Shown here piece after piece: positions 33,911 to 44,239 of a stretch of 64,000 bases of DNA; the stretch's first letter is position 1, and every line of letters starts with the position of its first letter. Source of the stretch: a virus; IMG/VR virus record IMGVR_UViG_3300044707_000932, positions 35,073 through 99,072 of that record; one strand, 5' to 3'. The translations under genes and the position numbers were made by a program. The notes beneath the pieces were generated by a model. The model saw only the letters and a list, made by a program, of their open reading frames with translations, was not told the origin of the DNA and searched no databases.

Positions 33911-35725
33911 ATGGGAGCATTATTAGAATCAGGTCTTGTTGGTAACATTGGTCTTAAGCACCTTAAAGTTATCAAGGAAGATACTATCAGCAAGTGGGAC
34001 AAATTAGGATTCTTAGAGGGTCTTAAAGGTCACCTAAAAGAAAACATCGCTCAGCTTTATGAAAACCAAGCTAGCTATTTAATCAACGAAGCTTCATCTA
34101 CATCTGACACAGGTGCATTTGAAACTGTGGTTTTCCCTATCGTTAGAAGAGTATTCTCTAAATTGTTAGCTAACGATATCGTATCAGTACAAGCAATGAA
34201 CTTACCAATTGGTAAATTGTTCTACTTCGTACCTAACATTCAGTCTTATGAAACTGAGTCAGCAACAAACGCTACTCACTGGGCACCTTACGGTTCTCCT
34301 AATCAGTCTGCAGGTCAAACACCAAATAGTGGTTACAACTACAATGACACTAAAGACCTTTATGATAGATTTTATGAAGGTAATGAACCAGCGTTAGACC
34401 CACCAGGTCTTTACGACTATTCAAAAGGTGAGTGGTCAGCTATCACAGCACCAACAACTAGTGTTGTCACAGTTGCTTGGGTTGGCGATGCTTTAGTTCC
34501 ATCTGCTTACACGCTAGATAACTACAGAAAAGTTCTTATTGTTTTATCAGGCTTTTCTAACACTGGAACAGGTAAATTAATTGGTCCTGATGGTAACCCA
34601 GTTGACAATGAGTCGTTCTTGGCTGACCTACAAATCAGAGGAGTTTCTACTAACTGGTATACTTCAGCTAACACTTCAAACAACTACTTGTTCAGAGTTG
34701 TAACTCAAAAGTATGGTAAAGGTATTGTTCAGTATGGTGATAACAATGCTAATTCTTACTTCCCCAACGATTTAACGGGTGGTGGTCAGTATGACAATCT
34801 TTGTGATGCTGAAGGTAAGATTTATCTTGAGGTAGACCTTCAAGTTCCAGTTTGTATTACTTGTGGACCATCTATGGACGGTTATACAGGTTCTACATTC
34901 TCATCAAACACAACAGAAAACACTGCGTTTATCGGAACTTACAGAATTTACAAGAATCTTGAGTTCGAAGATAAAATCGGTGAGGTATCATTTGACCTTA
35001 TGTCAGTAACAGTTTCTGTGACTGAAAGAAAATTAAGAGCTCAATGGTCTCCTGAAATGGCTCAAGACGTTGCGGCATTCCACAACATTGATGCTGAGGC
35101 TGAATTAACAGCTTTATTGTCTGAGCAAGTTGCGGCTGAAATCGATAGAGAAATCTTGAGAGACCTTAGAAAAGGTGCAGCTTGGAACTTAAGATGGGAT
35201 TACAACGGTTGGAAGAGATTAGGTAACGGTACTGGTGCTGTTTCATACACACAGAAAGACTGGAACCAAACTCTTATCACAGCAATTAACCAAATTTCAG
35301 CTCAAATCCATAAGTCTACTTTAAGAGGTGGTGCTAACTGGATTGTTGTTTCATCTGAAATCAGTGCTATCTTTGATGACTTGGAGTATTTCCACGTTTC
35401 AAACGCAGCTCCTGAGCAAGACCAATACAATATGGGTATCGAAAGAGTTGGTACTTTAGCTGGTAGATATCAAGTGTATAGAGACCCTTACTTCCCACCA
35501 AACCAAGTGTTAATGGGACACAAAGGTACATCTTTACTTGACACAGGTTACATTTACGCACCATACGTACCTTTACAACTTACTCCAACAATGTACAACC
35601 CATTCAACTTCACACCTATCAAGGGTATCATGACTAGATACGCTAAGAAAATGGTTAACAACCGTTTCTATGGTAGAATTACAGTTGATGGAGTTAGAAC
35701 ATTTGACTTGAGAGAGTTGAGATAA
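33911..35725 (+). CDS. major capsid protein (T4 gp23-like)
   Basis: IVRRVF..DIVSVQAM, RKLRAQWSPEMAQD, DAEAELTALLSEQ..EIDREI, GYIYAPYVPL, GIMTRY. Confidence 0.97.
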   Translation: MGALLESGLVGNIGLKHLKVIKEDTISKWDKLGFLEGLKGHLKENIAQLYENQASYLINEASSTSDTGAFETVVFPIVRRVFSKLLANDIVSVQAMNLPIGKLFYFVPNIQSYETESATNATHWAPYGSPNQSAGQTPNSGYNYNDTKDLYDRFYEGNEPALDPPGLYDYSKGEWSAITAPTTSVVTVAWVGDALVPSAYTLDNYRKVLIVLSGFSNTGTGKLIGPDGNPVDNESFLADLQIRGVSTNWYTSANTSNNYLFRVVTQKYGKGIVQYGDNNANSYFPNDLTGGGQYDNLCDAEGKIYLEVDLQVPVCITCGPSMDGYTGSTFSSNTTENTAFIGTYRIYKNLEFEDKIGEVSFDLMSVTVSVTERKLRAQWSPEMAQDVAAFHNIDAEAELTALLSEQVAAEIDREILRDLRKGAAWNLRWDYNGWKRLGNGTGAVSYTQKDWNQTLITAINQISAQIHKSTLRGGANWIVVSSEISAIFDDLEYFHVSNAAPEQDQYNMGIERVGTLAGRYQVYRDPYFPPNQVLMGHKGTSLLDTGYIYAPYVPLQLTPTMYNPFNFTPIKGIMTRYAKKMVNNRFYGRITVDGVRTFDLRELR

Positions 35726-35744
35726 TATGGTCTAACCTAAATAT

Positions 35745-35771
35745 AAAAGGGTCCTTCGGGACCCTTTTTTT
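35745..35771. terminator. bidirectional intrinsic terminator
   Basis: AAAAGGGTCC-TTCG-GGACCCTTTTTT. Confidence 0.92.
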
Positions 35772-36018
35772 ATTCATTCTCTTTTTTCGTTTCGGGTTCA
35801 TTGAAATTAGAGTTGACAAAAAATAAAGATTTTGAGAGAATTTCAGATTCAACCAAAGAAAAAGAACCTTTTGAATAACAATATTCAATTGCTCTGTTAA
35901 TAAAAAAAATGGATTGTTCAGGTGTTAATTCATCAATTAGGTTTCTGAGATGGACATCTGATTTGTATCCAATACTACCAAATAGGTGTCCGATTATTTT
36001 GGAATCGTTATCTGTCAT
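35770..36018 (-). CDS. hypothetical protein
   Basis: 82-aa ORF ending at the terminator. Confidence 0.75.
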   Translation of the reverse strand: MTDNDSKIIGHLFGSIGYKSDVHLRNLIDELTPEQSIFFINRAIEYCYSKGSFSLVESEILSKSLFFVNSNFNEPETKKENE

Positions 36019-36047
36019 TTTTGTAGATATTTATTTAGTACAAATAT

Positions 36048-36767
36048 ATGGAAAAAAGATTCATAAAAGAAGCCACAGGTTCAGGTTCTAGTGGAAAAAT
36101 GAAAATTCCTTTAGTCTTAGCACCACAGTTATGGGAAAAAGAAGTATTAGAACCATTCAGTCAACCAGTGTCTCATTATGTAAGTGCCATGAACGCATAT
36201 GATAGTTACGATGGAAATATGGAAAGAAGTCAGGAAGTTATACGCAAAAACGAAATGAATTCTAAAGAAAAAGCAAATAGAGCAAAAGCACTTTTTTCTC
36301 AGAACGATGAGGACGGAAATCCATTAAATGGGTATTCACCCAAAGGGTCAGAGGTACCTGGAACACCTGACTACATAAAGAAGATGGCAGACATCCCCAA
36401 ATCGGAATATGAGGAGGTTTTGAAAGAGGATTTAGCCGTTTGGTTCGGAACGAAAAAAAAACCTAAGGGTTCCAATCAACCAAAAGGGCCTTGGGTTAAT
36501 ATTTGTAGGAAAGATAAGAATGGAAAACATCCCCCTTGTGGTAGAAAAGAGGCTGACACAAAAAGTTACCCTAAGTGCAGAGCCGCGGGAGTTGCTGGAA
36601 AAATGTCTGATTCTCAAAAAAGAGCGGCGTGTCAACAAAAAAGAAGGGCTGAAAAATCAGACCCAAAAATTGGTACGGGCAACAAACCAACGATGACATC
36701 TTACAAACCTCGAAAGGAGTCTGTTAGAGATATCATTATGAAAATAATCAAAGAGTCTTTTGATTAA
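36048..36767 (+). CDS. hypothetical protein with basic Cys-containing C-terminal domain
   Basis: L..WF..WVNIC..CGR..YPKCR motif; TATTTAT upstream. Confidence 0.8.
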   Translation: MEKRFIKEATGSGSSGKMKIPLVLAPQLWEKEVLEPFSQPVSHYVSAMNAYDSYDGNMERSQEVIRKNEMNSKEKANRAKALFSQNDEDGNPLNGYSPKGSEVPGTPDYIKKMADIPKSEYEEVLKEDLAVWFGTKKKPKGSNQPKGPWVNICRKDKNGKHPPCGRKEADTKSYPKCRAAGVAGKMSDSQKRAACQQKRRAEKSDPKIGTGNKPTMTSYKPRKESVRDIIMKIIKESFD

Positions 36768-37170
36768 CTTTTTCTAAAATATTTTTTAGAGAATGTTGGA
36801 TATTATTTCTAATCTCGTTCTCCAAATTATTTCTTCTTATTTCAAGGGATTCATCAAATTTTTCTAAGAGGTCAGAATAAATTTCCGTGTTTTCAACGTA
36901 GACACTATAACTATAAACATGATTAATGATGTTGATGACTCTATTCTCGATAACGATGAACATACTATGTTCATCATTTTTTATGAATCTCTTAAATGAT
37001 TTTGGAGCAAAAGTCAGATTAGATTTAGGTGAAAGTATTAGTTTTTCACAAATCTCAACACAAGATTTTTCTTCAAAAGTTACTTCGGGTCTTGGGTCGA
37101 ACTTATCCTTGAGGTATAAATAAACTTTGAATAGAATTTTAGGAAGGTATCCGAGGGTTTTCGTTTCCAT
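36748..37170 (-). CDS. hypothetical protein, near-leaderless
   Basis: 140 aa; TACTTTTG at 37182-37175. Confidence 0.8.
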   Translation of the reverse strand: METKTLGYLPKILFKVYLYLKDKFDPRPEVTFEEKSCVEICEKLILSPKSNLTFAPKSFKRFIKNDEHSMFIVIENRVINIINHVYSYSVYVENTEIYSDLLEKFDESLEIRRNNLENEIRNNIQHSLKNILEKVNQKTL

Positions 37171-37197
37171 TCAACAAAAGTAGTAAATTTTTCTGAA

Positions 37198-37677
37198 TCA
37201 ACAATACGGGGCAGAACATTTTTTCTTACCATCAGTACCTGGCATTTTACCTTTACAAACCTGTACAGCATATCCGTTAGCGTACGCACTTGGGTAGACT
37301 TTGAATTTAGCTTTAGCGGCGGCCTTTCCTCTTGAACACAATTTAGTTCCCGTTTTTTTTCTACCCTCTGTTATGTTTTCATCACCCACCATTTCTTCTT
37401 GGTCAGTATGGTCGGAACCTTTGATTTCATTCATCAAAAAATCGAAAACTTGGTCCATGTTCTCTTTAGCAACCGTAATGTGGTCAGCTGCCCAGTCATG
37501 TCCTCCGAGAATTATCTCGTCAACCTTGTTGGGGTCCAATTCCAATAACAAATTGGCTTGTCTAATAACTTGCTCTAAATTACTAAAGAACATATAATTG
37601 GGAGATTCTTGCTCCTTTAAGACTTTCTTTACAAGGTTAGAAATATCTTTTTCTGTTATTTTTACAATTTTTCTCAT
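37198..37677 (-). CDS. hypothetical protein, possible internal head protein
   Basis: N-terminal KITEKDISNLVKKVLKEQ; C-terminal KFKVYPSAYANG motif. Confidence 0.8.
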   Translation of the reverse strand: MRKIVKITEKDISNLVKKVLKEQESPNYMFFSNLEQVIRQANLLLELDPNKVDEIILGGHDWAADHITVAKENMDQVFDFLMNEIKGSDHTDQEEMVGDENITEGRKKTGTKLCSRGKAAAKAKFKVYPSAYANGYAVQVCKGKMPGTDGKKKCSAPYC

Positions 37678-39176
37678 TTTCTGTTTACGATTTCAAAAGT
37701 TAATTGTCTCTTATAAGTATCTTTCTCTCCCGAAGTATTCACCTGAATGTCTACATAATATTGATTCGGAATTTTATCTCTCATGTCAAACATGAAATAA
37801 TACTCATTTGGCGTTCTATTTATTGGAGTCCAATCCTGTACTTGAACTTCTGTGGTTCCTTCTTTAACATAGACTCTGTAAAAAGCTGTGACTCCATCGA
37901 GTGGTTGTTGTCCTGTGTAGGCTTTTTTGATTGTGACTCCGACTTTTCTTATATCTGAAGTCAGTATTTTTTCATTTTGAAGAATACCATATATGTCAAA
38001 ACCAAATTTTTCAGGTTCGTGTGTGTTTGTTCCAATTTGGATACCGGCAGAATAGTTTTGTAATACGAATTGATTTTTCACATTACCTAAAAATTGTCCA
38101 TTGATTTTCAAATTACTCCAAACATCATAAAACATACAAGGAGCGGCTGAACCCGAAAAAGAATTGGGTATTTCAACCTCATATACACCTTTCGTTCTTT
38201 GACAAGTTGTCAAGCCTGATAAACCGTTGAAAACGGTGCCATCTCTATTTTGAATACTTACAAATGGTAATTCGTCCAAGTTTGCGGAATCACCATTTTG
38301 AAAAACATAGAGGTATAATTTATTGACTTGGTTTTTTAAAAATCTATTCCTATCATCCTCGATTAAATCGTCATAAGTTGTTTGTAGGTAGGGTTGGTAA
38401 AATGTTTGAGTATGTCTCGAAAAGAATCCGACACTATACGACTCTGTAAGTCCTGTTATATTTTCAATTTGTGGAACATACGCAACACCCCACCCTGTAA
38501 CACCAGTGATAGTACCTTGGAGTATACCATTGATTTCATTAGTCATATCCATTTCGAGATTTTCATTACCGAACTCAAAGTGTTGTCTGGCTACTATGTG
38601 TAATTGTGAATAATTGACGTTTCCTTGGTTTAAATTATTATAGACTCCAGGCTCCGACCAATCGGAGATAGTCGTTGTTTGGTACCAATTAGACGGTCTG
38701 GTGGAGAATGCCCTAGAATCAACATACGTCAAAGGGTTTTGCCCGCCGTATGCTGAGTTTTTGGTTAGGTTAAAGTCATTATAATCGAAACCAACACCTT
38801 CATCCCATTCTTGTGGGTTTCCCGTTTCTCCCGATACATTCGGTATTCTGAATAATATCAGGTCAAAAGAGGTTGCTCTTCTTCTGTCGTCAGACATAAA
38901 GGTATTTAGTAACTCATTATCAAATGTTGACGTATTTGTCATGTACAATGTGTGGGTCATTGCTGAAGTACACCCTGTAGAAATAATTCCTTGTTGAATA
39001 TTGTTGATAAGTAAACCTAAATCTATGTTGAAAAGATATCTTGAGTATCCTGCGTTGGGTACAACAAAATCTGAGATACCGAAATTAAGTTGAACTACAG
39101 GGTTCCTTCCGGTGTTAACATACGACGTTGAGATTATCGTATTATTTTTGTCTATATATGACCTTAGAATTGACAT
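37674..39176 (-). CDS. putative virion structural protein
   Basis: 500 aa, beta-rich; TATTTATA upstream; near baseplate genes. Confidence 0.7.
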   Translation of the reverse strand: MSILRSYIDKNNTIISTSYVNTGRNPVVQLNFGISDFVVPNAGYSRYLFNIDLGLLINNIQQGIISTGCTSAMTHTLYMTNTSTFDNELLNTFMSDDRRRATSFDLILFRIPNVSGETGNPQEWDEGVGFDYNDFNLTKNSAYGGQNPLTYVDSRAFSTRPSNWYQTTTISDWSEPGVYNNLNQGNVNYSQLHIVARQHFEFGNENLEMDMTNEINGILQGTITGVTGWGVAYVPQIENITGLTESYSVGFFSRHTQTFYQPYLQTTYDDLIEDDRNRFLKNQVNKLYLYVFQNGDSANLDELPFVSIQNRDGTVFNGLSGLTTCQRTKGVYEVEIPNSFSGSAAPCMFYDVWSNLKINGQFLGNVKNQFVLQNYSAGIQIGTNTHEPEKFGFDIYGILQNEKILTSDIRKVGVTIKKAYTGQQPLDGVTAFYRVYVKEGTTEVQVQDWTPINRTPNEYYFMFDMRDKIPNQYYVDIQVNTSGEKDTYKRQLTFEIVNRK

Positions 39177-39193
39177 TATTTTTCATATAAATA

Positions 39194-40750
39194 TCAATTC
39201 AATCGAATATATTTATTCAAAATTTTTGTATAGGCGCTTCGAATTTCGGTTAGAATCTGTTCAACGCTTGTTTTGTCCTGAGTAATTGATACCGGTGGTA
39301 ATCCTGGATAGGCGTGGGTATGGGTTATTAAAAACCTGACAATCAAATTCAACAATTCCATTAGTTCTTCCCCTCTCACACTACTAGATGTTTTTGGGAA
39401 AATTTCTTCAAAAAAAGTAGAACCCGAAATACCATAAAGAGTATTATTCAAATTTATTTGTTCCCTGTATTTGTCGTTTTTATGTGTCAATAAAAACAGA
39501 TAATCTGAACCAAGGGCGTTGATAGTTGTGGAACCTGATACCCAAACTTCCGTAGAGGTTTCTTGTTTTTCTATTTTTTCTGGAGTACCAACGGTGTTCT
39601 TTTTCCAAATTAACCCATAACCTGGTGAGTCATTTGTATTTAATTTTATGTTATTGAAAATTTGACTAACGTTTCTTTGTATGTCCTGAATCATTCCAGG
39701 TGGACAAACAGGGCTCGGCACGTTTTGGAACCCACTTTTTGGAACTGAAGGGTTTAAATAGGAATAGGTGTCGTTGGAGGGTCTGAAGAAAATGGGAAAT
39801 TTGTTTGTTGGGTCATAAAAAAGTCTCTCACCTGTTGCGGAAACATCTTTGTCATTACAGGTTTTAATGAAGGAATTTATAAAAGCTGTAACACCTGTCG
39901 AACCACTTATAGGTAAACCAAAAAAGTTTTCTTGGGCTATTATTGTTTTCAGATTTTCAGGAATCACACTTGAAACACTAAGCTCCGTAGAATTAGTTTG
40001 TGTACTAGGTTTTAACTGATACAGATAGACAGACCCACAAAACTTGTTGGCAGTATTTTCTGGGTTGGTTATAACCCATTCGATTAAGTATTTCACTTGT
40101 AGAGTGGGGTTACTAACTGTAAAGTAAGTTTTGGCTGGATTAGTTTTTTTTATCGAATCAAAAATCGACAATTGTAAAAAAGCCCTGTTTACATTTCCAG
40201 CAAACTCTATGTTAGATTGTGGGGTGTCACTATATTTTCCGGCTCTAAGTAATAAATCTGTTTTTTTTACAATTAAATCCGCATTCCCCCTACCTAATAT
40301 CGCGTTGTCTCCTGGCTCGGGATATAAACCAGAACTTGCTGGGTTTATGTAAGTTCCATTTTTGTTTTTTATATTTTTCGGTGATTTGTACTGCATACCA
40401 GTACCGGTAAATTTATCACCTCCAACATTATCTTGATTGAACACTGAATTCGGTGAATAAAATCCATTTTGTACGTAATATTGGTTTTGATATTTGAAAT
40501 CTCTATTTACAAACATCGCTTGAATAAATTCACCTTGCTCGGGAATTTGATACACGAAGTATGGTAGTAAAGGATTGAAGATAAAAGGGTCTTTTGCTGT
40601 CCAAGGGTCAGTCTCTGGATTCCAACCTTCAACACTTTTGATTATATCCTCATAGTTGTCTGTTCTTATACGCGCACGGACTCGACCCAGCATCAACGGG
40701 TCTTTGTTGTCAATAACAACACATTGGTAAAATATCGGTCTACTATCCAT
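39194..40750 (-). CDS. baseplate hub/spike protein (gp5/VgrG OB-fold N-terminus)
   Basis: VIDNKDPLMLGRVRARI..PLLP..P..GE; C-terminal THTH. Confidence 0.7.
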   Translation of the reverse strand: MDSRPIFYQCVVIDNKDPLMLGRVRARIRTDNYEDIIKSVEGWNPETDPWTAKDPFIFNPLLPYFVYQIPEQGEFIQAMFVNRDFKYQNQYYVQNGFYSPNSVFNQDNVGGDKFTGTGMQYKSPKNIKNKNGTYINPASSGLYPEPGDNAILGRGNADLIVKKTDLLLRAGKYSDTPQSNIEFAGNVNRAFLQLSIFDSIKKTNPAKTYFTVSNPTLQVKYLIEWVITNPENTANKFCGSVYLYQLKPSTQTNSTELSVSSVIPENLKTIIAQENFFGLPISGSTGVTAFINSFIKTCNDKDVSATGERLFYDPTNKFPIFFRPSNDTYSYLNPSVPKSGFQNVPSPVCPPGMIQDIQRNVSQIFNNIKLNTNDSPGYGLIWKKNTVGTPEKIEKQETSTEVWVSGSTTINALGSDYLFLLTHKNDKYREQINLNNTLYGISGSTFFEEIFPKTSSSVRGEELMELLNLIVRFLITHTHAYPGLPPVSITQDKTSVEQILTEIRSAYTKILNKYIRLN

Positions 40751-40949
40751 TTACTCTTGAATTATATTCTTTGAGAAACTTATTATAACTTTCTTCCACA
40801 GTATCTAATTGATAGGTTAGGTCGATAAGGTTCTTTTTTATTTCCTCAAATTCATCGGCTAATTTTTCTAAGTTATCAATAATCCTCTGGTTGGGAAGAT
40901 TTTTCATATTCGATAATTCTGAAATTATATTTTTTATTTCTTGTTTCAT
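40743..40949 (-). CDS. small coiled-coil protein
   Basis: 68 aa in operon. Confidence 0.75.
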   Translation of the reverse strand: MKQEIKNIISELSNMKNLPNQRIIDNLEKLADEFEEIKKNLIDLTYQLDTVEESYNKFLKEYNSRVNG

Positions 40950-40952
40950 ATT

Positions 40953-43106
40953 TTATCTTGGTACCGTCACCCATCGTGGTGGATTACCCGTTTTTCCTGG
41001 TATCAACACTGTGTCCGAAACACCATTAGTGTTCATTTCAAGTTTATCCCCTCTTTGGAATGCCAACCCATATAAAACCATTAAGTTTGGTGTTCCATCA
41101 GGTAGAGTGAAAGTGGGTATACCAAATTCTTGTAAAAATTTTATACCGTTTATAGTTGCTCTTTCTGGCGACTCACCTGGTAAAATATCGGAAAAGAGCA
41201 TAGCTAGTGCCGATATTTTTTTTCTTGGTTTTGCTGAAGTAGAATTTGCGGTTTGAAGTAGGTTCAATAAATCTTTTATTTCATCTAATAGAGATTTACA
41301 TTTCCTAGCGTCGAAAAACCCTCTCGCTACAATAGCAGCCGCAGCACTCGCAATTGTTAATAGTCTCAACAATCTGGCATTCCTCAATTGATTTTGAGAT
41401 TTTTGTATTTCTCTAAGAGCAATGTTTGTTAATCTCAAAATATCTTTTTTCAATATGTTGAAAAGTTCTCTCACAAAAATAGCCCCTATTCTTGAAATTA
41501 CGTTTATACTAAATTTTTTGAATATTTTAAGAAATGAAACTCCATCTGTAACAATGTTGTTTATTGCGCCTGATGCCGTTGTCAAACCTGTTATGGAAAA
41601 TGTGGTTGCTGAGGTAACAGCACTGTAGTAAGTATTGGCGGCCTGAGATTGGATATAATTATACATTACGAAAAGGGGTAAAAGTATCTTAGGACTCAAT
41701 GCTGCCGAAGCTACTGCCAACCCGATTTGTTTGAAAATTTCTCTGTCAATTTCAGCTCCACCTAAAAAGTTGGAATTTGTATAAATCCTCCAATCAGGGT
41801 TATTTGAAATACTTTCGATAATACTATTCAGCGTATTAACCTGTTGTTCGATGGTTTGACCCGATGAATTTAGTTTAAAATCTACAAATTGTTCCGTGAG
41901 ATTTTTAAAATTAATTGGTAATTTAACGTTGTCACAACTTGTGAATTGATTTACCCCTTGTTGTATATTTGAAATGGTATTATCAATGTTTCTTAAATCT
42001 ACTTCAGTTAGTTCAAAAAATGTTTCATCCACACCATCAAGTTCTGCGATTTTGGCAATTCCACTTACGTCAATTTCACTTTTGGAGTCAAAACAAAGTC
42101 CTAAAATTCTACTTGCTATTTTGTAAAATGCTGATTGTTTTTGTATTTCTCCCGAACCCATTCCCAATTGCATACTCATGTACCCTTGAATAAGTTGACA
42201 AATTTGTGTTCCAATATCGGCAGTATCGAATAACTTGATTGTATCATAATAATCTTCCAACCATGTGTGGATTTTGTTTGCTGTTGAGCCTGTCACTATT
42301 CCACTTGACGATATTGTACTACCACTTCTGTTTACCAAAGCTATTTTGTAATAATCTCCTGTTACGCCGTACTCATTCACGTTGGTGTACATTATATCCA
42401 TTAGAGGTTGACCACCCTTACCTTGATATATTTGACCTGTATTTTGTTTGAATGAATAATTAGGTGTTTGTGTTAACAAACCCAAAGTCCTATTCATTGG
42501 AAAGGGTTCTTTACCTCCGTATGGTCTGTATACACCTGGTACTACTGAGGGATTGTTTACTTCGTAGAGAATTTTAGCTATAGGATTGTCAAGCTCCAAT
42601 TTTAACATTCCACTCGCTAATGTAATTATGTCCAAAGACTGAACAGGTATTGTAGTACACGCCGAAAATGGTAGTTGTGGTAAAGGTGTTGATGTTAGGT
42701 CGTTAAGTGAAATACCACTGTATGTTTGTTCTTGTGTACAACCTATCGCTTTGATTGACTCATCAGAAATAATATTTTTGACTTCGGGTTCACATTTAGC
42801 TGCGGCTTGAAGTATTATTTTTCTCAGTTCATTATAGGTGTCACCTCCTTTACCTCTAGTCAACCCAATGAGATTTAATAGTTCATCCGTTGAGGTATTT
42901 GTACTTCTTAGGTATCTTTTCTGTTGTTTATTTATTTTATTAAGCTGAGTGGCTAATTGGTCAACAGATTTTTGAAGTGGGTTTCCAAGTTTTTTTTTGT
43001 ATTCTTGTACTTTTGAGGTTGCTTCAACAAATGCGCTAATTGCTGATATTTGTTCACCAGTATCTTTGGAGGAATTTGCTAAATCAACAGTAGGTGTTTG
43101 TTGCAT
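40953..43106 (-). CDS. putative virion/baseplate protein
   Basis: 717 aa, late operon next to gp5-like gene. Confidence 0.65.
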   Translation of the reverse strand: MQQTPTVDLANSSKDTGEQISAISAFVEATSKVQEYKKKLGNPLQKSVDQLATQLNKINKQQKRYLRSTNTSTDELLNLIGLTRGKGGDTYNELRKIILQAAAKCEPEVKNIISDESIKAIGCTQEQTYSGISLNDLTSTPLPQLPFSACTTIPVQSLDIITLASGMLKLELDNPIAKILYEVNNPSVVPGVYRPYGGKEPFPMNRTLGLLTQTPNYSFKQNTGQIYQGKGGQPLMDIMYTNVNEYGVTGDYYKIALVNRSGSTISSSGIVTGSTANKIHTWLEDYYDTIKLFDTADIGTQICQLIQGYMSMQLGMGSGEIQKQSAFYKIASRILGLCFDSKSEIDVSGIAKIAELDGVDETFFELTEVDLRNIDNTISNIQQGVNQFTSCDNVKLPINFKNLTEQFVDFKLNSSGQTIEQQVNTLNSIIESISNNPDWRIYTNSNFLGGAEIDREIFKQIGLAVASAALSPKILLPLFVMYNYIQSQAANTYYSAVTSATTFSITGLTTASGAINNIVTDGVSFLKIFKKFSINVISRIGAIFVRELFNILKKDILRLTNIALREIQKSQNQLRNARLLRLLTIASAAAAIVARGFFDARKCKSLLDEIKDLLNLLQTANSTSAKPRKKISALAMLFSDILPGESPERATINGIKFLQEFGIPTFTLPDGTPNLMVLYGLAFQRGDKLEMNTNGVSDTVLIPGKTGNPPRWVTVPR

Positions 43107-43107
43107 T

Positions 43108-43473
43108 TTATCTCATTTTATAAGTTTCCTCATCGTTGGAAACATCCTTTTCAATTAGATTTTGAATCAAATCATCATCCAAATCAGATAGTGTAAACGA
43201 TTCTGTAGACGAATTGGATTTTTCCCAAATCGAGGATTGTAGTTTAGATAAACTCAATTTTTTTTCGACACAATCATTGATAATTTTTTGTTGCTTTTCG
43301 ATAACAGGACCAATTGTTGTCATATCTTCAGGGTCCTTCAACATCTGTAGCATTTTATTTTGTATTCTTATAGCGGTGTTACGCTGCTCTACAAGTTCAT
43401 TGTAAATTTCTTGTAATAACGCTAAAATTGAGTCTTTGGTAAAATTGATTTCTTTTCTTTGAGGTCTAGGCAT
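43108..43473 (-). CDS. hypothetical helical protein
   Basis: 121 aa; TATTTAT at 43484-43478. Confidence 0.8.
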   Translation of the reverse strand: MPRPQRKEINFTKDSILALLQEIYNELVEQRNTAIRIQNKMLQMLKDPEDMTTIGPVIEKQQKIINDCVEKKLSLSKLQSSIWEKSNSSTESFTLSDLDDDLIQNLIEKDVSNDEETYKMR

Positions 43474-43489
43474 ATCAATAAATATTTTT

Positions 43490-44239
43490 TCATTGATTTT
43501 TGAACTTCATTTGAATAGTTAGATAAAGTTTTTTAAATTTTTTTATAGAGCCTCTTATTTCTTTAGTACTTAAATTTGTCATTTCTCTCAGAGATAAGAG
43601 GATTACGTTCTTGTTGAACTTGTTATTTTCTGCACCTGAGAATATTGTTTCGTAGTTGTTGAATAGGTCTACTAAGGCTAACCCTAATTTCCTTTCATTA
43701 TCATTTAAACCTTCGTTGTTGATAAAAATTTGTAGTTCTTCAAGATATCCTTGTAGGATTAAATTTGTGTCCATTACCTCTTCGTCAATTCTATAAGTCA
43801 TATCTGGCCTCTCTTCGATAGTTGAGGATATATCCTCGTAGGAAACTTTTCTATTTGTCTCTTTTTGGTCTTTGATAATTTGACCCATCAAATAGTTTTT
43901 ACAAATAGTACCAAAATATGAGTAAGCTTTTTTGTTTTTTGATGGTTTAAATTTGTCAACTTTGGTCATCAAAAAAGAATGTGTATCCGTATGGATTTCG
44001 ACAAAATCCATATCTTTGCGATAAAGTTTATACCTCCTTATAATAGACGAAATCATTTTGTCCAAAGGAGCCCTGAGAAACTCGTTATAGATTTTATTTT
44101 TTTCCTCAGAAGAAGTTGCTAACAGAAAGTTTTTTACTGCTGTTTCTTCTCTAACATCAAAATAGTTTTCTTTAACGGATTTTCTACCCCTTTTTTTGGA
44201 TGAAACGTCTTCTGTTAAAGCAGAAAGTGTTTCGCTCAT
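43490..44239 (-). CDS. phage sigma factor (T4 gp55-like late sigma)
   Basis: N-terminal NYF and KVDKFKPSKNKKAYSYFGTICKNYL, resembling the gp55 region-2 F.P..AFAYFT.I motif. Confidence 0.7.
   Translation of the reverse strand: MSETLSALTEDVSSKKRGRKSVKENYFDVREETAVKNFLLATSSEEKNKIYNEFLRAPLDKMISSIIRRYKLYRKDMDFVEIHTDTHSFLMTKVDKFKPSKNKKAYSYFGTICKNYLMGQIIKDQKETNRKVSYEDISSTIEERPDMTYRIDEEVMDTNLILQGYLEELQIFINNEGLNDNERKLGLALVDLFNNYETIFSGAENNKFNKNVILLSLREMTNLSTKEIRGSIKKFKKLYLTIQMKFKNQ

Noticed and set aside
26036-35725. Introns or inteins in terminase, portal or capsid
   Set aside because: ORFs are continuous, of ordinary length, with no splicing or homing-endonuclease motifs
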